Source: an uncultured Actinomycetota bacterium (GTDB lineage: Bacteria > Actinomycetota > Actinomycetes > JAFAQI01). Taken from it: a stretch of DNA of 64,000 nt. The notes under the pieces were generated by a model. The model was given only the letters and a program-made list of their open reading frames with translations, made no database searches and had not been told where the DNA came from. Positions 1 to 9,799 of this stretch are shown here, piece after piece. The stretch's first letter is position 1. Each line of letters opens with the position of its first letter. The DNA lies in contig CAVYQE010000001.1 of the NCBI GenBank assembly GCA_963770565.1, positions 736,001 through 800,000 of the forward strand, written 5' to 3'. The position numbers and the translations under genes are program-made.

Positions 1-80
1 GATCCGATCGCCAGCGTGGGTCGTCCGCGGTGGTGGGCTCGTGCGGGTGCAGTCACGGCCTGCAACTCAGCCATCAACAT
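1..80 (-). CDS. 5' end of a CDS running off the window (MLMAELQAVTAPARAH...), product unknown
   Basis: ATG at 80 preceded by SD-like AGAGG; -10-like TACGTT at 144-149; frame open to the window edge. Confidence 0.4.
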   Translation of the reverse strand, partial: MLMAELQAVTAPARAHHRGRPTLAIG

Positions 81-198
81 TGCCTCTCTAGGGCGCGCTC
101 GTCCGGCGGAGGACGGCGACTGATTGGGGACTCTCAACCACGAAACGTATCCGCAGTCTCGCATTGCGCCGCCGGCGGTCGCAGTCGATCGAGCGTGG

Positions 199-771
199 TC
201 AGCCGATCAGGGTCTGGTAGTCCTCCCAGGTGTTGACGTCGAGCGGGACCGGCCCGTCGATCTCGACGTCGGTCACCGGGTAACGGCCGGACTCCAGCAG
301 CTTCCATACCGCCTTGTCACCGTGGAGCACGAGCAGGTCGTCGAACACATCGCGATGGAACCAGAACGGATGCCCGCGACCGTTCGAATAGCGGCAGACC
401 CCGAGTGGGGCGTCCGCCGCTTGCTCAATCAGATCGTGTACGACGACCGGCGAGACGCCCGGCTGGTCGCCGAGCATCAGCACGAGACCGGTGGCCCGCT
501 CGTCGACCTCGGCGATCGCGGCGCTGATCGACGACGAGCAGCCGGCGGTGAAGTTCAGGTTCTCGACCACCTGAATGCCGCTGAAGTCGACGGTCTGCCG
601 CACTTGTTCGGATGCCCCGCCGATCGTGACGAGCAGCTGGTCGAAGCCGCACTGTCGCGCGACCGCGAGGGATGCGTCGAGCAACGTCGTGCCGCGATAC
701 GGCAGGAGTTGTTTCGGCTGCCCGAGCCGGGAGGACGATCCGGCGGCAAGTACCAAGCCGGTGACGAACAA
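199..771 (-). CDS. MocA/MobA-like nucleotidyltransferase (molybdenum cofactor cytidylyltransferase-like)
   Basis: LAAGSSSRLGQPKQLL, LGDQP, GHP and DVNTWEDY motifs; next to XdhC genes. Confidence 0.85.
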   Translation of the reverse strand: MFVTGLVLAAGSSSRLGQPKQLLPYRGTTLLDASLAVARQCGFDQLLVTIGGASEQVRQTVDFSGIQVVENLNFTAGCSSSISAAIAEVDERATGLVLMLGDQPGVSPVVVHDLIEQAADAPLGVCRYSNGRGHPFWFHRDVFDDLLVLHGDKAVWKLLESGRYPVTDVEIDGPVPLDVNTWEDYQTLIG

Positions 772-773
772 CG

Positions 774-1661
774 TCAGCGCGCGGTCTGCTCGGCGTAGCG
801 CTCGCGGCAGCCCGGGTTGCAGAACCAGTAGTCGATGCCCTCGACCCGTAGGTGCGGCGTGTCCGGGCGTACGACGACGGTCATGCCGCAGATCGGATCG
901 ATCGCCTGCTTGTTGAGGGCGGGCATCTCGGGACCCTGCGCCCTGAGACCGTCGACCCGCATCGCCTGAATGATCTGGGCGAGGATCGACAGCGCGATCT
1001 CGGCCGGGGTGTGCGCGCCGATGTCGATGCCGGCCGGGGTCTTGATCCGGGCTCGCTCGGCCGGACCGAGGCCCATGGCTTCGAGCAGCGCGTCGCCGCG
1101 GCGGTGGCTCGCCACGACCTCGATCAGCCCGATCTGGGCATCGAGCGCCGCCCTGATCGCCTTCTCTTCGTCGTGGCCGAGGCTGCAGATGACGCTTGCG
1201 ATCGCGCCTTGCGGCGACTCGTCGGGACCAGGGCGCACGACCATGAAGCTCAGCGGCCCGGCAAGCTCGGCGACCGCTTCGGCGATCGGCGTCGCACCGA
1301 CGATGCTGAGGACGTCAGGCGGGAACTGAGGCTCCAAGAAGATCTCCAATGCGCCGCCGGACAGGCAGGGGTTCACGGTGACATAGGCACCGGGCGCCTC
1401 AGGGAAGGACGCCTCGCCGCCGGGCAGGACCCGAAGAAGCACGGCCTCGCCGCGGTCGAGCGCATTGAGCGCGGCCGTGCGCACTGACTCCTCGGCGCAC
1501 TGGCCGCCGACGAAGCCCTCCATCGTGCCGTCGGGCAGGATCACCGCGTCGTCACCCGGTCGGGCTGACGTGGGTTGCTCAGCGCGGACGACGGTGGCGT
1601 GCACGAACGGCACGCGGAGCGCCGCCAACTCGGTCATCCGAACCGTCATCCGTTGAGCCAC
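774..1661 (-). CDS. XdhC/CoxF-family accessory protein with C-terminal YHS (TRASH-like) domain
   Basis: EGFVGGQCAE, NPCLSGG, PAGIDIGAHTPAEIALSI; C-terminal DPICGM...YWFCNPGC; GTG at 1661 has SD AGGAG and lies downstream of a promoter. Confidence 0.85.
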   Translation of the reverse strand: MAQRMTVRMTELAALRVPFVHATVVRAEQPTSARPGDDAVILPDGTMEGFVGGQCAEESVRTAALNALDRGEAVLLRVLPGGEASFPEAPGAYVTVNPCLSGGALEIFLEPQFPPDVLSIVGATPIAEAVAELAGPLSFMVVRPGPDESPQGAIASVICSLGHDEEKAIRAALDAQIGLIEVVASHRRGDALLEAMGLGPAERARIKTPAGIDIGAHTPAEIALSILAQIIQAMRVDGLRAQGPEMPALNKQAIDPICGMTVVVRPDTPHLRVEGIDYWFCNPGCRERYAEQTAR

Positions 1662-1704
1662 GATCGCGCTCCTGCTCAGGTCGACGGCCTTGGGGTAGGC
1701 ATTG

Positions 1705-1733
1705 ATCGCACCCCACGCCGCAACAGGTGTCAA
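1705..1733 (-). promoter_or_regulatory. sigma70-type promoter for the XdhC-YHS/mocA operon
   Basis: Minus strand TTGACA-17 nt-TGCGAT. Confidence 0.55.
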
Positions 1734-1859
1734 CGCCGGGTCGAAGCGAGCCATTCCTTACCACGCTCACGCCCCGCTGGCGGTTCGGTCGATGGGGCTC
1801 AGCGTGATGATCACCGGGCTACCCTGGAATGGAGCCAGAGTCGGCGAGAGGAGTCGGTT

Positions 1860-2174
1860 GTGCGCGAGCTGATCGACGATCTCGACCGCTGGCGGCGGCA
1901 GGGAAAGCGGGTCGCGATCGCGCGGGTCGTCGACATCGAAGGCTCCGGGCCGCGCGAGCCCGGCGCCGCGATGGCCGTGACCGAGGACGGCGTCGTTGCC
2001 GGCTCGGTCTCAGGCGGCTGCGTCGAGGGCGCGGTGGTCGAGGCGGCACTCGAGTCGTTGACGACCGGATTGCGCCGGGTCCACACCTTCGGCTACTCGG
2101 ACGACGACGCGTTTGCGGTCGGCCTGACCTGTGGTGGCACGATCCACGTTTTCGTCGAGCCGCTCGACTGGTAA
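1860..2174 (+). CDS. XdhC/CoxI family protein, N-terminal module only
   Basis: GSGPREPGAAM, GSVSGGCVEG, AVGLTCGG; SD GAGGAG upstream. Confidence 0.85.
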   Translation: MRELIDDLDRWRRQGKRVAIARVVDIEGSGPREPGAAMAVTEDGVVAGSVSGGCVEGAVVEAALESLTTGLRRVHTFGYSDDDAFAVGLTCGGTIHVFVEPLDW

Positions 2175-2177
2175 CGC

Positions 2178-2969
2178 GTGGCGCTTTACGACGACGTTGC
2201 CGCAGCGATGCGGGCCGAGCAGCCGGTTGCCCTTGCCACCGTGATCGAGGGCCCCGGCGCCGGCGCGAAGCTGCTGGTCTCACCCGACAACCTGCCGGTC
2301 GGATCACTCGGTGACCCCGATCTCGACCGGGTCGTCGCGCGTGACGCCGAGGGCGAGCTGGCTGCCGGTCTGAGCCGGGTACGCCGGTACGGTCCGCACG
2401 GCGAAGCGCGACAGGACGACGTCTCGGTGTTCATCGAGTCGTTCGTGCCGTCGCCGCAGATGATCATCTTCGGCGCGGTCGATTTCACCGCGGCACTCGT
2501 GCGGATCGCAAAGGTGCTCGGATACCGGGTGACGGTCTGCGATGCCCGCCCGGTGTTCGCGACCCGTGCACGTTTCCCGCTCGCGGACGAGATCGTCGTC
2601 GACTGGCCGAACCGGCTGCTCGAGCGAATCGGCCCGTCGTTGACCGCGCGTGATGCGATCTGCGTGCTGACCCACGACATCAAGTTCGACGTACCAGCGA
2701 TTGTGGCCGGCCTTGCCACCGAGGCCGGCTACATCGGCGCGATGGGAAGCCGGCGTACCCATCAAGAGCGGATGGCGCGGCTGCGCGAGGCCGGCGTCGA
2801 CGAGGCCGCGTTGTCGCGGCTGCACGCGCCGGTCGGGCTCGACCTCGGCGCGCGAACGCCGGAGGAGACGGCGGTCTCGGTGTGCGCGGAGATCATCGCG
2901 CTGCGCAACGGGCTGACCGATGTGCGTCCACTCGGCGAGACCGAAGGACCGATCCACCGCCGCGACTAG
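2178..2969 (+). CDS. XdhC/CoxI family protein, C-terminal (Rossmann) module
   Basis: IFGAVDF, LTHDIKFD, YIGAMGSRRT, PVGLDLGARTPEETAVS. Confidence 0.85.
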   Translation: MALYDDVAAAMRAEQPVALATVIEGPGAGAKLLVSPDNLPVGSLGDPDLDRVVARDAEGELAAGLSRVRRYGPHGEARQDDVSVFIESFVPSPQMIIFGAVDFTAALVRIAKVLGYRVTVCDARPVFATRARFPLADEIVVDWPNRLLERIGPSLTARDAICVLTHDIKFDVPAIVAGLATEAGYIGAMGSRRTHQERMARLREAGVDEAALSRLHAPVGLDLGARTPEETAVSVCAEIIALRNGLTDVRPLGETEGPIHRRD

Positions 2970-2977
2970 CGCGGCGC

Positions 2978-3577
2978 CTACAGCATCGTGAGCAGCATGT
3001 AGCCCATCGTCAGGTTCATCGCGACCTGGCAACACGCGACGCTGCGCGGCGCGATGATCTGCTCGGTGGTGTGCGGCTCGCTTGCCCTCCGGGAGGTTCG
3101 GTCGGTGACCATGACGGTGTAGCCGACCATGAAAGCGACCAGCAGCAGCGCGACCGTGGGGAAGCGCACGTCCGGCCCGCCGACCGAACCCATCTGGCTC
3201 ATCGCAGCAGTGGTTGATGGGCCGGCCATCGCCGTGGTAGGTGCCGCGACCAGCATGTAGACCATCGCGCCGCTGGTCACGAGGTGCCGCAGATGTGGGC
3301 CGACTGCGCCACCGGGTACGCCGACCAGGCCGCGCACCATCCGGTAGCCGAACCATCCGGCCGCCATGGCGAACACGACGACCCAGGGCGCCGGGCTGAC
3401 CAGCCGCGCGGTCAACATGCCGGCCATCGCGATGCCCATCGCGGTGTGGACGGCGTCGATCGAGTAGTTGGTCGATCGGTGCATGAGGCGCGCGACGATC
3501 AACCGGCTCGCGCAGTAGGCGGCCACGGTGAGCATGGCCACGGCCAAGCCGTCGCTCAGCCAGGTTGGCATCACCAT
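2978..3577 (-). CDS. DUF5134-like integral membrane protein (His/Met-rich)
   Basis: HTAMGIAMAGM, HLVTSGAMVYM, CQVAMNLTMGYML; about 6 hydrophobic segments; true start ATG 3577 lies within the longer ORF call. Confidence 0.65.
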   Translation of the reverse strand: MVMPTWLSDGLAVAMLTVAAYCASRLIVARLMHRSTNYSIDAVHTAMGIAMAGMLTARLVSPAPWVVVFAMAAGWFGYRMVRGLVGVPGGAVGPHLRHLVTSGAMVYMLVAAPTTAMAGPSTTAAMSQMGSVGGPDVRFPTVALLLVAFMVGYTVMVTDRTSRRASEPHTTEQIIAPRSVACCQVAMNLTMGYMLLTML

Positions 3578-4563
3578 TGGCTGCCGCCCTCGTGGTGTGC
3601 GTCGCCCTTGGCCGAGAGCGGCCAGTAAGTGATGGCGATCAGGATCAGCAGCGGGCCGGAGCCGGGGTCCGTGCTCTGCCCGCCGGCAATGCCGCCGAAG
3701 GCCTGCGCGACGACCCAGATGGCGGCGGCGAGCATCGCTGCCGCGACCACTCCGGCGCGAACGACTGTGCGCGACCCGAAGGCCGAGATCGCGATGCCGG
3801 CGCAGGTGGTCGCGAGCGCGACTGCAATCGCGAGGCCGTGATCTGCGGCAAGGGCGGCCGCCCGGTCGTCGATCGCCGCGAGCCACGAGGGCGCGCCGCT
3901 GGCCATGCCCACCAGCAGGTCGTGGACGCCCTGTGCGGACCGGCTCGAGCCGGTGAGGGCGAGGCCGGCCAGCGCCGCCCACAACCCCAGCCAGGTCAAC
4001 CGAGCGGCCGGGACGCCGATCCGCCAGGCACCGATGAAGGCCCGGTCGGCGACGTTCGAGGGCTCCTCGGCCGGGCGTAACGGCCAGACCAGGACCGCGA
4101 GGACGGCGTACAGCAGGGCCGGGCCGGGCCCGCCGGCGAGCGGTCCCGCGGTTCCGACCAGTACGCCGCCGAGCCCTTCGCCGAGCCACCAGAGTGCGAG
4201 AGCCCAGACGATCGACGCAGCGAGTGCTGCCTTGACGGTCGGCCGCCAAGCGATCGCGAGACCTAGCCCGACCTGGATCGCGGCGAAGCCGGCGTTTGCC
4301 GGCACCGGATGCTGCGCCACCAACCGGGCGACCGCGGACATCGGCGCGGCGATGGCCGACGGGTTGCCGGCCGCGGCCGGGGCGAGGACCTGGCGGGCGA
4401 GTCCGGTGGTGAACATGAACGGCTGGAGCTGCAAGATGCCGTCGAAGAGCCAAAGGCCGGCCAAGGCAAGCTGCAGGACGCGGCGCAGCTCGGCGGCCGG
4501 CAACGCGATCGCGGTGAGCCGAGCTCCTCGCGCGCGCAGTCTCGGGGACGCGGCCATGCTCAC
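3571..4563 (-). CDS. Uncharacterised multi-pass membrane protein with internal duplication (DoxX-like)
   Basis: About 8 hydrophobic segments; WLFDGILQLQP; paired WWLGEGLGG..GPGP and WVVAQAFGG..TDPGSGP motifs; overlaps the downstream gene. Confidence 0.65.
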   Translation of the reverse strand: MSMAASPRLRARGARLTAIALPAAELRRVLQLALAGLWLFDGILQLQPFMFTTGLARQVLAPAAAGNPSAIAAPMSAVARLVAQHPVPANAGFAAIQVGLGLAIAWRPTVKAALAASIVWALALWWLGEGLGGVLVGTAGPLAGGPGPALLYAVLAVLVWPLRPAEEPSNVADRAFIGAWRIGVPAARLTWLGLWAALAGLALTGSSRSAQGVHDLLVGMASGAPSWLAAIDDRAAALAADHGLAIAVALATTCAGIAISAFGSRTVVRAGVVAAAMLAAAIWVVAQAFGGIAGGQSTDPGSGPLLILIAITYWPLSAKGDAHHEGGSQW

Positions 4564-4663
4564 GCAGAGATCTTCGCAGCCAAAACGGCTCTTGCGGCCG
4601 CTCGGCCGGATTTAGTCGGGAGCGCGCGGATCTGCGAGTGCTACCGGTGAGTAGCCTTCGGGT

Positions 4664-6355
4664 GTGGCGGACCTGGATTTCGACGTCATCGTGATCGGCA
4701 GCGGCTTCGGTGGCAGCGTTGCGGCGCTCCGGGGCGCGGAGAAGGGCTACCGGGTCGGCGTACTCGAGGCGGGCCGACGGTTCAGCAACGACACGCTGCC
4801 CGAGACGAGCTGGGCGCTCAAGGACTTCCTGTGGGCGCCGGCGCTCGGCTGGATGGGCATCCAACGGATCACCCCGCTGACCGATGTCGTCTGCCTCTCC
4901 GGGGCCGGAGTCGGCGGCGGCTCGCTGGTCTACGCGAACACCCTCTACACCCCGCTCGACGACTTCTTCGCCGACAAGCAGTGGGCGCACATCACGGACT
5001 GGAAGAGCGAGCTCGCGCCGTACTACGACCAGGCGTCGCGGATGCTCGGCGTCACCGAGAACCCGACCGAGACCGCCGCGGATGTCGAGATGCGCGCGGT
5101 CGCGGAGGAGATGGGGGTCGGCGACACCTACCACCACACGCCGGTCGGCGTCTTCTTCGGCGAGCCGGGCAAGACCGTCGACGACCCGTTCTTCGGCGGC
5201 GCCGGCCCGCAGCGGACCGGATGCATCCAGTGCGGCAACTGCATGATCGGCTGCCGCAACAACGCGAAGAACCGGCTGGACCTCAACTACCTACACCTCG
5301 CCGAAGGTCTCGGGGCCCGAATCGTGCCGGAGACCACGGCCCAGACCGTGCGCCCGCTCGCCTCCGGCGGGTACGCCGTCGACACCCGCCACACGACCCG
5401 ACGTCGCAATCGGCAGACGTTCACGGCCGGCCAGGTGGTGTTCGCAGCCGGCACGCTCGGCACCCAAAAGCTGCTGCACCGGATGCGGGACCAGGACGTG
5501 CTGCCCAAGCTGTCGGGCCGGCTCGGCGAGCTGACCCGCACCAACTCGGAGTCGATCCTCGGCGCCCGCAGTCGCGACCGCGACGCCGACTTCTCGACCG
5601 GGGTGGCGATCACGTCGTCGTTCCATCCGGACCCGCACACCCACATCGAGCCGGTTCGCTACGGCAAGGGCTCGAACTCGATGGGCTTGCTGCAGTCGGT
5701 GCTCACTGACGGCGGCGAAGGTGGGCAGCGGTGGCGCAAGGCGTTGAAGGAGATCGCGAGCAACCCACGTGACTTCCTCAGGCTGATGTGGCTGCGGCAC
5801 TGGTCGGAGCAGACCATCATCGTGCTCGTCATGCAGTCGCTCGACAACTCGCTGACCGTCTCGAGGCGCCGGGGCCGCTTCGGCGAGCGGTTGGTGTCAC
5901 GGCACGGCGAGGGCGAGCCGAACCCGACCTGGATCCCCGCAGGCAACGAGGTGGCTCGCCGGTTGGCGGCTCGGATCAACGGCATCCCCGGCGGCGCGGT
6001 CGGCGACCTGGGGAACATCCCGATGACCGCGCACATCATCGGTGGTGCGCCGATCGGGATCACCGCGGAAGACGGTGTCGTCGACCCATGGCAACGGCTA
6101 CATGGATACGACGGCCTGCATGTGATCGACGGCGCGGCGGTGACCGCGAACCTTGGCGTGAACCCGTCGCTGACGATCACGGCTCAGGCCGAGCGGGCGA
6201 TGGCCTTCTGGCCCAATCGCGGCGACGCCGACCCTCGGCCCCCACTCGGTTCGTCGTACGCCGAGCTCACCCCCGTGGCGCCGCACACTCCCGCCGTGCC
6301 CGACGACGCCCCCGCCGCCCTGCGCCTGCCGCTCCAGCGCACAGCGGTCTCGTAG
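4664..6355 (+). CDS. choD: GMC oxidoreductase, cholesterol oxidase ChoD-like
   Basis: GSGFGG FAD motif, GVGGGSLVYANT, CIQCGNCMIGC, GVNPSLTI; typical location upstream of guaA. Confidence 0.85.
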   Translation: MADLDFDVIVIGSGFGGSVAALRGAEKGYRVGVLEAGRRFSNDTLPETSWALKDFLWAPALGWMGIQRITPLTDVVCLSGAGVGGGSLVYANTLYTPLDDFFADKQWAHITDWKSELAPYYDQASRMLGVTENPTETAADVEMRAVAEEMGVGDTYHHTPVGVFFGEPGKTVDDPFFGGAGPQRTGCIQCGNCMIGCRNNAKNRLDLNYLHLAEGLGARIVPETTAQTVRPLASGGYAVDTRHTTRRRNRQTFTAGQVVFAAGTLGTQKLLHRMRDQDVLPKLSGRLGELTRTNSESILGARSRDRDADFSTGVAITSSFHPDPHTHIEPVRYGKGSNSMGLLQSVLTDGGEGGQRWRKALKEIASNPRDFLRLMWLRHWSEQTIIVLVMQSLDNSLTVSRRRGRFGERLVSRHGEGEPNPTWIPAGNEVARRLAARINGIPGGAVGDLGNIPMTAHIIGGAPIGITAEDGVVDPWQRLHGYDGLHVIDGAAVTANLGVNPSLTITAQAERAMAFWPNRGDADPRPPLGSSYAELTPVAPHTPAVPDDAPAALRLPLQRTAVS

Positions 6356-6359
6356 CACG

Positions 6360-7463
6360 TCAGGTGCGGGGGCCGAGCAGGCGGTCGAGCCAGCCCGACT
6401 TGCGGCGCGCGTCGTTGGCGCGGCCGCGGATGCCGTCGGGGAGCCGGTGGCCCGCTCGCGCGATCCGGTGCTGGAGCAGCGCGCGGAGCGTGACGTCGTC
6501 GAGCGACGGCGGCTGGCGGCGTCGGCGCGGCAGTGGCGGCTTCATCTGGCGGTCGGCGAAGCCGGGCTTTGGGCGATCGTTCCAGTCGATTCCGGCGCCG
6601 TGCGTCGTACGCCGCTCGCGGAGCGCGGTGCCGGTCATTAGCGGCGAGCCGGTCGCGCCGAAGTCGCCGAGCGGCAAGGTGCGCTCGCAGTCGTAGGCGA
6701 AGAACGCGGCCACGGCGCGGGTCGGGGCGAGCACCCGCTGGCGTTCGGCGCCGCGGAGGTAGCCCTCCCACTCGCTGACCTGCGCGTCGTCGATCGGCCG
6801 GTCGATCTCGGTGAAACCCTCGGCCCTGGCCGGCCCACCCGAGCGGGGCTGGATCTCGTGATGGTCGAGGACCGCGTCCGACCACGGTTCGTCGAGCCAG
6901 TCGAGCAACGCCCGTGCGACCTTCTCCGGCTCTGCGACGAGGTCCTCGTAACGAAGCACGACGCATTGGTCGCCGAGGTCCATCGCCTCGAACATCAACT
7001 GGCTCGTGGAGCGAATCCAGCTCCGGCTGGCCTGGGCGTAGGTGCGCCGGAACCGGCGCCGCTGCGAGGAGATCACCGCGCCCGGATGCCGCACGATGCC
7101 GACCACCTGGCAGTCCGGGAACAGCCGCCTGGCCAGCTCGAGGTGCCAGACGTGGAACGGCGTCTTGTCGCCCCATCGCTGCTTGCCGCGCGACTCCGCG
7201 TACGACGAGAACAGCCCGCCGTAGAACTCGGCGAGGGCGGCCATCAGCGCATCGTCGGAAAGGGCCAGGTTGGCGTTCCACTGACCGCCGAGCGGCCAGA
7301 ACGGCACCCAGGTGTGGGCGAGCGCGAGGCGCAGGAACCCGGTCTCGCCCGGGATCGCGATCCGCTCGTGGCTGTCGAGCATGAGCCGGAGCAACGTGCT
7401 GCCCGTTCCGTTCGCCCCGACGATGAAGATCGGGCGGTCGGATCCCGCGGCTGGCGCCGGCAT
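6360..7463 (-). CDS. Sulfotransferase family protein
   Basis: PIFIVGANGTGSTLLR, WGDKTP, VRHPGAVISS, LRYEDLV. Confidence 0.8.
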   Translation of the reverse strand: MPAPAAGSDRPIFIVGANGTGSTLLRLMLDSHERIAIPGETGFLRLALAHTWVPFWPLGGQWNANLALSDDALMAALAEFYGGLFSSYAESRGKQRWGDKTPFHVWHLELARRLFPDCQVVGIVRHPGAVISSQRRRFRRTYAQASRSWIRSTSQLMFEAMDLGDQCVVLRYEDLVAEPEKVARALLDWLDEPWSDAVLDHHEIQPRSGGPARAEGFTEIDRPIDDAQVSEWEGYLRGAERQRVLAPTRAVAAFFAYDCERTLPLGDFGATGSPLMTGTALRERRTTHGAGIDWNDRPKPGFADRQMKPPLPRRRRQPPSLDDVTLRALLQHRIARAGHRLPDGIRGRANDARRKSGWLDRLLGPRT

Positions 7464-7543
7464 CGTGCTCCCTTCGCGTCGCCTCGCATCATCCTGGACC
7501 CGGCCTCACGGCGAGGCGGCAACCGTCACATTAGGCTTGGCCG

Positions 7544-9121
<1,578 letters not shown>

Positions 9122-9144
9122 CGCCGAGCGCTCGACCTGCGATT

Positions 9145-9678
9145 TCAAGGCTGATCGGACGGGCGGCGCGGCGGTGGAAGCTCGTGGCCGAGATGGGCGT
9201 TGGCAAGGGCGCTTGCCGCCTTGCGATCCGACTCGTAGATCCGGATGCCATGGCCAGTCTGCTTGGCCTTGCCCGGGCCGTAGACGGCGAACGGGGTCGA
9301 GACATGGATGCTCCGGGAGCCACCTTTCCAACTGCGGCTGTTCACGACCGCAGTGACGTCGGCGAACGCGAACGCTCCAGAGCCTCGGTGGCTGGTGAAG
9401 GCCAACTGAGTGGGCGAAATGATCACCTGGTACCGACGCGTCGAGGAGACTCGTAGGACCGCGACAAATCCCAGCGCACAACAGCCGCCGAGGATGATCG
9501 CGAGCGACCACGACCGTGTGGCCGCGTGGAGCAGGACGAGCTCGACGAGGAGTAATGGTGGCAGCAGGACACAAGAGATTCGGGCGAGAAACACGTTGCT
9601 ACGACTGAATGTTTCGCGCACCAGCCCGCATTGGGCGCAGGCGCCTCCGGTCTCGACCGCTGCATCTCTTTCGCTCAT
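9145..9678 (-). CDS. Hypothetical 2-TM membrane protein with soluble C-terminal domain
   Basis: Open frame with two hydrophobic helices; less GC3-biased codons than neighbours; start uncertain. Confidence 0.5.
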   Translation of the reverse strand: MSERDAAVETGGACAQCGLVRETFSRSNVFLARISCVLLPPLLLVELVLLHAATRSWSLAIILGGCCALGFVAVLRVSSTRRYQVIISPTQLAFTSHRGSGAFAFADVTAVVNSRSWKGGSRSIHVSTPFAVYGPGKAKQTGHGIRIYESDRKAASALANAHLGHELPPPRRPSDQP

Positions 9679-9756
9679 GTCGGCCACGACCCCAAGTATT
9701 CCTGGGCTTCGCCAACCGGCAAAGTGCATCAGCATTAGGCCGCCAAGCGAACTGTT

Positions 9757-9790
9757 CAGCGGCTCGTACCGCGGGCGGTACATAGCGCTG
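9757..9790. terminator. Hairpin downstream of the RNB gene (possible terminator)
   Basis: GTACCG-CGGG-CGGTAC core with outer CAGCG/CGCTG pairing. Confidence 0.35.
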
Positions 9791-9799
9791 CACGGTCCA

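Noticed and set aside
1762-1806. Hairpin between the divergent XdhC genes as a Moco riboswitch
   Set aside because: It is a simple CACGCT..GCCCC/GGGGC..AGCGTG inverted repeat lying upstream of both predicted -10 elements, so it is probably not in either transcript; no multi-stem Moco motif is recognisable.
2978-5137. 719-aa ORF suggesting a large fusion protein
   Set aside because: Only the last 199 aa look like a real protein; the rest overlaps the 3571..4563 gene in another frame and choD antisense. The same artefact affects 48654..51188, 48795..51047, 32553..34262 and 36835..38217.
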